DNA from: Candidatus Karelsulcia muelleri PSPU
Lineage (GTDB): Bacteria; Bacteroidota; Bacteroidia; Flavobacteriales; Blattabacteriaceae
Length of the DNA: 32,000 nucleotides
Direction: 5' to 3'
Assembly: GCF_000829155.1 (NCBI RefSeq)
Contig: NZ_AP013293.1
Span: 180,001-212,000 of the forward strand
A program made the position numbers and the translations under genes. The notes beneath the pieces are model-generated. The model did no database searches and had not been told where the DNA came from. It worked only from the letters and a program-made list of their open reading frames with translations. This document shows, in pieces, positions 19,187 through 26,837 of the stretch (position 1 is the stretch's first letter; every line of letters starts with the position of its first letter).

Positions 19187-20464
19187 ATGAAAAAAAATAA
19201 TATTGAAACTGAGACTAAAATAGTAAAACCTAAAAGATCTTATAAAAAAAAGATAAAAAACGTTAATGAAACTTCAATTGAAGGTGTAAAACCTAAAAGA
19301 TCTTATAAAAAAAAGATAAAAAACGTTAATGAAACTTCAATTGAAGGTGTAAAACCTAAAAGATCTTATAAAAGAAAACTTAAACCTGAAACGGAAGTAG
19401 CAAAACCTAAAAAAGATTATAAAACTGAAACGGAAGTAGCAAAACCTAAAAGATCTTATAAAAGAAAACTTAAACCTGAAACGGAAGTAGCAAAACCTAA
19501 AAAAGATTATAAACCTGAAACGGAAGTAGCAAAACCTAAAAAAGATTATAAAACTGAAACGGAAGTAGCAAAACCTAAAAGATCTTATAAAAGAAAACTT
19601 AAACCTGAAACGGAAGTAGCGAAATATAAACCGGAAACGGAAGTAGCAAAACCTAAAAGATCTTATAAAAGAAAACTTAAACCTGAAACGGAAGTAGCGA
19701 AATATAAACCGGAAACGGAAGTAGCAAAACCTAAAAGATCTTATAAAAGAAAACTTAAACCTGAAACGGAAGTAGCGAAATATAAACCGGAAACGAAAGT
19801 AGCAAAATATAAACCGGAAACGGAAGTAGCGAAATATAAACCGGAAACGGAAGTAGCAAAACCTAAAAAAGATTATAAACCGGAAACGGAAGTAGCGAAA
19901 TATAAACCGGAAACGAAAGTAGCAAAATATAAACCGGAAACGGAAGTAGCGAAACCTAAAAAATATTCTATAAAAAAAATTAAAACAGCAATTTTTCCAA
20001 TAAAAAATAAAATATTAGAATATTTTAATAATGAAATTAATCAAATTTTAAAAAATAAAAAAATCTATTTTAGATTAGATGAGTATAAATTATTAAATAA
20101 TAATATTATTTTAAATAAAAAAAAAAATAAAAAAATTATTTTTAATTTAAAAAAAAAATTAAAAAAAAAAAAAAAAATAAAATATAAACAAAATCTTGAA
20201 GAAATAGAATTAAGATTTTTAACTCCTTTTGAAGTAAAATTAAAAGAGAAAAAAAAATATTGTTTTTTTAAAAAAGCAAATATAGGTTATGTTGATTTTA
20301 AAAATCCATTATTTTTAATTAAATTTTTAAATGAAAGAGCAGAAATTCTTCCTAGAAGGATTACTGGAACTTCAAAAAAATTTCAAAGAAAAATAAAAAT
20401 AGCAGTAAAAAGATGTAAACAAATTGGTTTATTACCATATATAACTGATATATTAAGAAAATAA
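19187..20464 (+). CDS. rpsR: 30S ribosomal protein S18 with a ~339-aa repeat-rich N-terminal extension
   Basis: The C-terminal 86 aa (nt 20204-20464) are canonical S18: RFLTP...KKYCFFKK..IGYVDFKN..FL.KFLNE...ILPRRITGTS.KFQRKI..AVKR....GLLPY. The 425-aa ORF has a single Met, at position 1, so no internal ATG exists for a conventional-length S18. Confidence 0.85.
   Translation: MKKNNIETETKIVKPKRSYKKKIKNVNETSIEGVKPKRSYKKKIKNVNETSIEGVKPKRSYKRKLKPETEVAKPKKDYKTETEVAKPKRSYKRKLKPETEVAKPKKDYKPETEVAKPKKDYKTETEVAKPKRSYKRKLKPETEVAKYKPETEVAKPKRSYKRKLKPETEVAKYKPETEVAKPKRSYKRKLKPETEVAKYKPETKVAKYKPETEVAKYKPETEVAKPKKDYKPETEVAKYKPETKVAKYKPETEVAKPKKYSIKKIKTAIFPIKNKILEYFNNEINQILKNKKIYFRLDEYKLLNNNIILNKKKNKKIIFNLKKKLKKKKKIKYKQNLEEIELRFLTPFEVKLKEKKKYCFFKKANIGYVDFKNPLFLIKFLNERAEILPRRITGTSKKFQRKIKIAVKRCKQIGLLPYITDILRK
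19223..19963 (+). repeat. In-frame coding tandem repeat array
   Basis: Two 63-bp units (19223-19285 and 19286-19348, encoding VKPKRSYKKKIKNVNETSIEG) are followed by 16 cores gaaacggaagtagc[ag]aaa (ET[E/K]VAK). The cores are joined by three linker types, giving 27-, 39- and 51-bp units. Confidence 0.95.
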
Positions 20465-20488
20465 TATTATTAATAATAAATTCATCAT

Positions 20489-20929
20489 ATGAAAGTAATT
20501 TTATTAAAAAAAAATAACAATTTAGGAAAAAAATTCGAAGAAATAGATGTTAAACCTGGTTATGGTCGTAATTTTTTATTACCTAAACGTTATGTAATAA
20601 TTGCGACTAATTCAGTTAGAAAAAAAATAATTGAATTTAAAAAAAAAATAATTCAAAATAAAATAAAAAACCTAAAAAAAATTTTTTTTTTTTTAAAAAA
20701 AAAAAAAAAAATAGAAATTACTTTTTATCTTAAATTAGGAAAAAATGGAAAATTACTAGGATCAATTACTAAAAAAAATATAAAAAAAATTTTTTTTTTA
20801 AAAAAAAATAAAATAAAAAAAATTTTTTTAGAAAAAAGAAAAATAAATAAAATTGGAATTTTTAACGGTTATTTTAATTTACCATATAAGATAAAATACA
20901 AATTTTTATTTAAAATATTTTATTACTAA
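20489..20929 (+). CDS. rplI: 50S ribosomal protein L9
   Basis: 146-aa ORF with the N-terminal L9 signature MKVILLKK...LGKKFEEIDVKPGYGRNFLLPK and C-domain GKLLGSITKKNI. It contains a T13-A17 homopolymer junction. Confidence 0.92.
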   Translation: MKVILLKKNNNLGKKFEEIDVKPGYGRNFLLPKRYVIIATNSVRKKIIEFKKKIIQNKIKNLKKIFFFLKKKKKIEITFYLKLGKNGKLLGSITKKNIKKIFFLKKNKIKKIFLEKRKINKIGIFNGYFNLPYKIKYKFLFKIFYY

Positions 20930-21008
20930 TAAATGATTATAAAAAAAAAGTATTTGCTTTTTTAAAAATTTTTTTTTATATTTATAAAAGAAATAAAATT
21001 TACTTTTT

Positions 21009-21131
21009 ATTTTTTCTTTCTTTAGAGAGAGGAGAAAAAAATTTTTTTTATAAATGAGAGAATAAACTTATTGAAGTTTTTTTTATTTGAATATAACAAA
21101 AAACTGTCCTCTCTTTAAAGAAGGAAAAAAT
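21009..21131 (+). other. Long imperfect inverted repeat (25-bp stem, 73-nt interior) between convergent rplI and rpoZ; candidate structured RNA or bidirectional terminator
   Basis: 21009-21033 pairs with 21107-21131. The only two non-Watson-Crick positions are G.U wobbles when read on the + strand (21017/21123 and 21025/21115) and would be A.C mismatches on the - strand. Confidence 0.4.
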
Positions 21132-21463
21132 TAATTTTTAAGTTTTTTTTTAATTTTTTTAAAAGAAAGAAGATAATCTAAAAATTCTATTATAGAAATA
21201 GATGTAGGTTTGGTCATAATTTCATATTTTTTAGAAATTTTAATTCTTAAATCATTTAAAATAATTTTTTCAAATTTATCTTTTTCTTGTCCAAAAATAC
21301 CTATTTTACTATATAATGATTCTTTCATAAAATAATTTATTTGATAAGCTCTTTTTGCTAGAATCTGAACTAGATCATATATATTATTTCCTGTATTTTC
21401 AATTTTTTTTAGATCTATACTATAAGTAGATAAATCACTGTTTTTATATTTTAAATCAATCAT
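21131..21463 (-). CDS. rpoZ: DNA-directed RNA polymerase omega subunit (Bacteroidota long form)
   Basis: 110-aa ORF with the core TGNNIYDLVQILAKRAYQIN (omega motif N.Y.L....AKRA.QI). It lies immediately downstream of bamD, as in Flavobacteriia. Confidence 0.72.
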   Translation of the reverse strand: MIDLKYKNSDLSTYSIDLKKIENTGNNIYDLVQILAKRAYQINYFMKESLYSKIGIFGQEKDKFEKIILNDLRIKISKKYEIMTKPTSISIIEFLDYLLSFKKIKKKLKN

Positions 21464-21469
21464 AAATTT

Positions 21470-22357
21470 TTATTTATTTAAATAAAGTTTAGAATAAATA
21501 TCAACAATAATTAAATATGATTCTATTTTTTTAAATAAAAATAGAATTTTATTTGAAATTTTTAATTTGTTTTCAATTTTAAAATTATTATCATTTTTTT
21601 TAAAAAAAGATAAATAATTATCATATAATTTTCTTGTTTCTTGAAAAGAATAATTTTTATTATTTTCTTCTATTTTATATTGTGATATAATCATATATAT
21701 ATAAAATATTTGAGAATCTGGCATATATAGAAAATATTTAATTAAATATTTAAATATTATTAGTGAAGATTTATAGTTTTTTTTATTAAAATAATAATAT
21801 GCTATTGTTAAGTGTTTTTGTTTTATTTTAAAAACAGCCTTATAAAGGTTAGAATCAACTTCTTTTATTCTAATACTATTAGGATATAATTGTTTAAATT
21901 TTAAAAACAAATCTATTACTTTGTAAGTATTTTTTTGATCAAAATTAAAATCATTAGATTTAAAATAATAACACATTCCTAGATAAAAAAGACTTTCTTC
22001 TGAAAGAAAATTAGTATCAAATTTAAAAAAAACAGATTTAAAATCTAAAATAGCTGTATCAAAATTTAATAAAAAATAATTACATAATCCTCTAAAAAAT
22101 ATAATTTTTTTATAAATTGTTTTTTCTTTATTTAACGAATTTTTCTTTTCAGATAAAACCTCTTTTAAAACTTTTAAAGTTTCTTCATATTTTTCTTTAT
22201 GAAAAAAATTAAGTGCTCTTTTTATATTTTTTTTAAATCTTTTATTTGTTATTTGAGTTTTATCAAAAATTTGAATTAAATTAATCATTTTATGATTATG
22301 AATCATAAATGATTTTTCATATTTAAAAAAAAATAATAAATTAATGAATATATTCAT
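21470..22357 (-). CDS. bamD: Outer membrane protein assembly factor BamD (TPR lipoprotein)
   Basis: TPR-like helical repeats (ALNFFHKEKYEETLKVLKEV..., YFLLNFDTAILDFKSV..., LFYLGMCYY) and bamD-rpoZ synteny. The longest ORF starts at 22444, inside dapA. I prefer Met30 at 22357 (signal-like MNIFINLLFFF), which still overlaps the dapA 3' end by 17 nt. Starts at 22306 or 22288 are also possible. Confidence 0.68.
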   Translation of the reverse strand: MNIFINLLFFFKYEKSFMIHNHKMINLIQIFDKTQITNKRFKKNIKRALNFFHKEKYEETLKVLKEVLSEKKNSLNKEKTIYKKIIFFRGLCNYFLLNFDTAILDFKSVFFKFDTNFLSEESLFYLGMCYYFKSNDFNFDQKNTYKVIDLFLKFKQLYPNSIRIKEVDSNLYKAVFKIKQKHLTIAYYYFNKKNYKSSLIIFKYLIKYFLYMPDSQIFYIYMIISQYKIEENNKNYSFQETRKLYDNYLSFFKKNDNNFKIENKLKISNKILFLFKKIESYLIIVDIYSKLYLNK

Positions 22358-23240
22358 TAAATAAATGAACTTTTTTAAGTTCCAAAAAAAGTTTTTTTTC
22401 AAAATTTGGGCTACTTTTAAATAAAGGTAATCTAACATATTCATGACATAATCCTTTTAATTTTAATAAAGTTTTTATTCCAGAAGGATTACCTTCTTTA
22501 AAAATTAAAGATATAATATTAATTATATTATAATATATTTTATAAGCATAATTAATTTTTTTTTTTTTAATTAATAAAATTATTTTAGAAAATTCTTTTG
22601 GAAAGGCTTGTCCTATAACAGATATAATTCCATCTCCTCCTCCCAAAATTATAGGTAATACTAAATTATCATCACCAGATAAAATTATAAATTTTTTTGA
22701 AGTTTTTTTTTTTATAAAATTATATGATTGTATCAAATTTCCTGAAGCTTCTTTTATGCCTATAATATTTTTTTTTTTAATTAATTTATTAATAGTTTCT
22801 ATATTAATATTACAACCAGTTCTATGTGGAACATTATAAATAATAATATTTTTATCAGTATTATCAGATATTTTTTTAAAATGATTATAAATTCCTTTTT
22901 GAGTAGGTTTATTATAATAAGGACAAACAGATAAAATTGCATCAATACGATCTAAATTTATTCTGTTTAAATTATATATTACTTTTTTAGTATTATTACT
23001 ACCTATCCCTAAAACAATAGGTAATCTATCATTATTAACATTTTTTACACAATTTATAATATCAATTTTTTCTTTTAACTTTAATGTACAAGCTTCACCA
23101 GTAGTTCCTAATAATACTAAATATTTAACTCCTCCATCTATTACAGAAGAAACTAAATTTTCAAGAGACGTAAAATCTATTTTTCCTTGTTTATTAAAAG
23201 GAGTTATTAAAGCAATACCAAGACCCAAAAGTTTTTTCAT
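22341..23240 (-). CDS. dapA: 4-hydroxy-tetrahydrodipicolinate synthase
   Basis: 299-aa ORF with LLGTTGEACTL (GTTGE motif) and the catalytic-Lys region IIGIKEASGNL. Confidence 0.92.
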   Translation of the reverse strand: MKKLLGLGIALITPFNKQGKIDFTSLENLVSSVIDGGVKYLVLLGTTGEACTLKLKEKIDIINCVKNVNNDRLPIVLGIGSNNTKKVIYNLNRINLDRIDAILSVCPYYNKPTQKGIYNHFKKISDNTDKNIIIYNVPHRTGCNINIETINKLIKKKNIIGIKEASGNLIQSYNFIKKKTSKKFIILSGDDNLVLPIILGGGDGIISVIGQAFPKEFSKIILLIKKKKINYAYKIYYNIINIISLIFKEGNPSGIKTLLKLKGLCHEYVRLPLFKSSPNFEKKLFLELKKVHLFNEYIH

Positions 23241-23275
23241 TTATTTTAAATTAATAAATATGTTTATGAAACAAA

Positions 23276-23350
23276 TGGACATTATTGGATTTGAACCAAT
23301 GACCTTTACCCTGTCAAGATAACGCTCTTACCAAACTGAGCTAAATGTCC
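23276..23350 (-). tRNA. tRNA-Val (anticodon GAC)
   Basis: Manual cloverleaf on the minus strand: acceptor ggacatt/aatgtcc, anticodon stem ttatc/ggtaa (one G.U), loop ttGACag, T arm attgg-ttcaaat-ccaat. Confidence 0.85.
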
Positions 23351-23404
23351 TATATATATATAATAATATTTAATATTATTATGAATTTTTAATTTATTAA
23401 ATTA

Positions 23405-24406
23405 ATGATAGCAAAAGAAAAAATAAAAAAAATATGGATAAAAATTAAATTTTTTTATTTTTTATTAAAAATAAAAAATATAAAATATAAAAAAAAAAAT
23501 AAAAAAAAAGTAAAATATTTATATATTTTTATATATAAATTATTATATGATATAAAAATTTTATTAATAAATATAAAATTTCTAAAAAAAATAGAATTAA
23601 TTAATAAATTAAATAAAATTAAAAATTCAATTTATAAAATTGAAAGTAAAATACTTTTTACTAAAAAAGTATATAAATTAAATGCTATTATACAAATAAC
23701 TCCAGGAGCTGGAGGAACAGAAAGTTGTGATTGGGTTTCTATGTTATATAGAATGTATACTATGTGGGCAGAAAAAAATAATTATTCTATAAAAGAATTA
23801 TATAATTTACAAGGAGATGTTGGAGGTTTAAAATATATTCTTTTTGAAGTTCAAGGTTTTTATCCTTTTGGATTTTTAAAAGGAGAAAATGGAGTTCATA
23901 GATTAGTAAGAATTTCTCCATTTGATGATTCTAAAAGACATACATCATTTGCTTCTGTATATATATATCCATTAATTAATGATGATATAAAAATTCAAAT
24001 AAATAATTCAGATATAAAATGGTCTACATTTAGATCAGGAGGATCTGGTGGACAAAATGTAAATAAAGTTGAAACTGGAGTTAGATTACATCATAAACCT
24101 ACTAATATAATTATTGAAAATACTGAAACAAGATCACAAATTAATAATAAAACTAAAGCCTTAAAATTACTTAAATCTCGTTTATATTATATTGAAAAAA
24201 AAAATAAAAATATTATACGAAAAAAAAATAAATTAAAAAAAATAGAATGGGGATCTCAAATAAGGAATTATATTATGCATCCTTATAAATTAGTTAAAGA
24301 TTTAAAAACTGGATATGAAACATCAAATATAAATTCAGTAATGGATGGAAATATAAATAATTTTTTAAAAAATTATTTAATTCTTTTATTAAAAACAAAA
24401 AAGTAG
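23405..24406 (+). CDS. prfB: Peptide chain release factor 2
   Basis: 333-aa ORF with the RF2-specific SPF tripeptide ([17 protein letters not shown]), the GGQ motif ([14 protein letters not shown]) and [11 protein letters not shown]. The N-terminal ~95 aa are low-complexity and shorter than usual. The gene reads as one frame. Confidence 0.9.
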   Translation: MIAKEKIKKIWIKIKFFYFLLKIKNIKYKKKNKKKVKYLYIFIYKLLYDIKILLINIKFLKKIELINKLNKIKNSIYKIESKILFTKKVYKLNAIIQITPGAGGTESCDWVSMLYRMYTMWAEKNNYSIKELYNLQGDVGGLKYILFEVQGFYPFGFLKGENGVHRLVRISPFDDSKRHTSFASVYIYPLINDDIKIQINNSDIKWSTFRSGGSGGQNVNKVETGVRLHHKPTNIIIENTETRSQINNKTKALKLLKSRLYYIEKKNKNIIRKKNKLKKIEWGSQIRNYIMHPYKLVKDLKTGYETSNINSVMDGNINNFLKNYLILLLKTKK

Positions 24407-24556
24407 TATCTCTAGTCAGAGAGAAACAGATAGTTTAATTATTTTATAAAAAATTCTTCTCTACAGAAGAGAGAGCAAATACTTTTTTATTTTTATATTA
24501 ACATTTATAAAGTTATATTACTGGATAAATAATAATTTTTTTTTTAATATAAAAAT

Positions 24557-25270
24557 ATGAATATTGGATTAATAGGATATGGAAAAATGGGAAAATCTAT
24601 AGAAAAACAAGCTATACTACGTGGTCATAAAATTAGTTTTATTACTAATAAAACACCAACTTATAAAGAATTAAAAAAAAATGATATAGAAATGGTCATA
24701 GAATTTAGTTCTCCTAAATATGCTGTTTCAAATATAATTATTTGTATTGAAAATAATATATCTGTAGTTTGTGGAACTACAGGTTGGTATAAACATTTTT
24801 TTTTTATAAAAAAAAAATGTAAAAAATACAATGGATCATTCCTTTATTCTCCTAATTTTAGTATAGGTGTAAATATTCTTTTTTATATAAATAAATTATT
24901 AGCAAAATTAATGTTTAAATCTAATTTAGATTATAAAGTAAGTATAAAAGAAATACATCATAAAAATAAATTAGATACACCAAGTGGAACTGCTTTGCTT
25001 TTAGCAGAAGATATAATTATAGAAAAATATTGTGATAATTGGGGATTAATTAATTTTAAAAAAAAAAAAAAGTCCATATATATAGACTCAAAAAGAATAA
25101 ATAATATAATAGGAATACATTCTGTAATATATAATTCATCTATTGATAGTATAGAAATTAAACATAATGCTAATAATAGAAAAGGGTTCGCATTAGGTTC
25201 AATAATTGCAGCTGAATGGTTATTTAAAAAAACTGGAATTTTTTCTATGAAAGATGTTTTAAAATTATAA
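24557..25270 (+). CDS. dapB: 4-hydroxy-tetrahydrodipicolinate reductase
   Basis: 237-aa ORF with the N-terminal dinucleotide fold IGLIGYGKMGK and the signature EIHHKNKLDTPSGTAL. Confidence 0.92.
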   Translation: MNIGLIGYGKMGKSIEKQAILRGHKISFITNKTPTYKELKKNDIEMVIEFSSPKYAVSNIIICIENNISVVCGTTGWYKHFFFIKKKCKKYNGSFLYSPNFSIGVNILFYINKLLAKLMFKSNLDYKVSIKEIHHKNKLDTPSGTALLLAEDIIIEKYCDNWGLINFKKKKKSIYIDSKRINNIIGIHSVIYNSSIDSIEIKHNANNRKGFALGSIIAAEWLFKKTGIFSMKDVLKL

Positions 25271-25415
25271 AATAATAAAATTTTTAATATTTAAAATATT
25301 ATTATTAATAATAATTATTAAAATAATATATTTTTTAGCGACTTATAATATATATATAAAATATAAAAGAAAACTTTTTGAAGCTATAATTCCAATATAT
25401 AATGTCATTATATTA

Positions 25416-26627
25416 ATGAGTATCTTAAAAAGACCGATATGGTGGTCTATATTATTATATTTTCCTATAATTTTTTTTTTAATATATCCTTTATTATGTT
25501 TAGATATAATAAATCTTTATAAAGAACGTCATAATAAAAAAATATTATTTTTAACAATGGGGGCTTATTTAATATATTTAAATATAAAAAATAAGGTTTT
25601 GTTAAATAACATTAATAATAAAAAGAAAACATCTTTATTTTCTTATTTTATTTTTTCTTCTTTTATAAAAATATATATAATTCAATTTTTTTTTATTCCT
25701 ACTCCTTCTATGCAAGATAGTTTATTAGTGGGAGATTTTTTATTTGTAAGTAAATTCCATTATGGAATAAGAATTCCTATAACTCAAATTTTTTTTCCAT
25801 CAGAAAATAATGAAATTAAATTTTTAGGAATAAAATCTTATATAAATTATATAAAATTACCTTATATTAGATTACCTAAGTTTAAAACTATTAAATATAA
25901 TGATATTTTAGTATTTAATTTTCCAAATGATTTAAAAGAAATTCCTATTGATAGGACAAAATATTATATTAAACGTTGTATAGGTTTACCAGGAGATAAT
26001 TTAAAAATTAAAAATGGTTTTATTTATATAAATGGAATTTTAAAATCAAATGACAAAAATGTTTTTTTTTATAAAATTCAAAAAATTTTTAATTCATTCA
26101 ATATTTTATTTTTTTTAAAAAAATTATGTTTAAAAAAAGATTATATATATAATATAAAAATTAATGATTATAAAATTAATTTTTTTAAAAAAAATATTTT
26201 ATATATAAAAAAAAATATTATGCCAAAATATTTAAAAGAATATAATATTTTTCCAGAAGATAAATTCTGGAATCGTGATAATTATGGTCCTATATATATA
26301 CCAAAAATAGGAGATAATATATCTATAAATAAAAAAAATATAAATTTATATAAAGATATAATTGTTAAATATGAAAAAAATTCATTAAAATTAAAAGATG
26401 GTAATATATTTATAAATAATAAAAAAACATCTAATTATAAAATTAAAAAAAATTATTATTTTTTATTGGGAGATAATAGAAACAATTCATTAGATTCTCG
26501 TTATTGGGGTTTTTTACCATATGATTATATAGTAGGAAAGCCATTATTTATAATATTAAATTTAATTTTTAATAAAAAAAAAATATTTAAATTACGTTGG
26601 AATAGAATCTTTACTATTTTAAAATAA
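25416..26627 (+). CDS. lepB: Signal peptidase I (start probably upstream of the first ATG)
   Basis: Catalytic Ser region PTPSMQDSLLVGD, Lys region YIKRCIGLPGD, and GDNRNNSLDSRYWGFLP. The frame is open from 25263, and the segment upstream of the ATG encodes a conserved-looking module (see findings). Confidence 0.88.
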   Translation: MSILKRPIWWSILLYFPIIFFLIYPLLCLDIINLYKERHNKKILFLTMGAYLIYLNIKNKVLLNNINNKKKTSLFSYFIFSSFIKIYIIQFFFIPTPSMQDSLLVGDFLFVSKFHYGIRIPITQIFFPSENNEIKFLGIKSYINYIKLPYIRLPKFKTIKYNDILVFNFPNDLKEIPIDRTKYYIKRCIGLPGDNLKIKNGFIYINGILKSNDKNVFFYKIQKIFNSFNILFFLKKLCLKKDYIYNIKINDYKINFFKKNILYIKKNIMPKYLKEYNIFPEDKFWNRDNYGPIYIPKIGDNISINKKNINLYKDIIVKYEKNSLKLKDGNIFINNKKTSNYKIKKNYYFLLGDNRNNSLDSRYWGFLPYDYIVGKPLFIILNLIFNKKKIFKLRWNRIFTILK

Positions 26628-26639
26628 ATTATAATAATT

Positions 26640-26837
26640 ATGAAATTAATTACAAATGTAAAAGAAGGAGAATCTATAGATAGAGTTTTAAAAAAATGTA
26701 AACAAAAATTTGATAAAGCTCGTATTTTAAAAAAATTACGTAAACGTCAACATTATATTAAACCTTCTGAAAGAAAAAGGAAAAAATTAATAAAAGCTAA
26801 ATATAGAGAATATATAAATTCTAAAAATTATGATTAA
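26640..26837 (+). CDS. rpsU: 30S ribosomal protein S21
   Basis: 65-aa basic ORF with ESIDRVLKKCKQKFDKARILKKLRKRQHYIKPSERKRKK, the typical bS21 pattern. It overlaps the aroE start by 8 nt. Confidence 0.9.
   Translation: MKLITNVKEGESIDRVLKKCKQKFDKARILKKLRKRQHYIKPSERKRKKLIKAKYREYINSKNYD

Noticed and set aside
19223-19963. Whether the regular direct repeats could be a CRISPR array or another non-coding satellite.
   Set aside because: There are no unique spacers between repeats. Unit lengths are all multiples of 3, and the array is one continuous open frame joined to S18. No cas genes are present.
20944-20958. A 15-nt string aaaaaagtatttgct shared in inverted orientation with 24474-24488, considered as a possible common regulatory or terminator motif.
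   Set aside because: A 13-nt version (tatttgctttttt) also occurs inside korA at 6699-6711. Most of the match is an A/T homopolymer, so chance is a sufficient explanation.
21009-21131. Whether the long hairpin is SRP (4.5S) RNA, 6S RNA or RNase P RNA.
   Set aside because: It lacks the conserved SRP domain IV motifs (GGAA tetraloop context, AGCA/GUCAGG) and the RNase P consensus blocks, and it is too short for 6S or RNase P. It is kept only as an unclassified structure.
23381-23407. A search for the canonical prfB programmed +1 frameshift site upstream of the RF2 ORF.
   Set aside because: The only upstream mini-ORF (ATG AAT TTT TAA) is in the same frame as prfB. No CUU UGA-type shift site is present, and the gene reads as a single frame.
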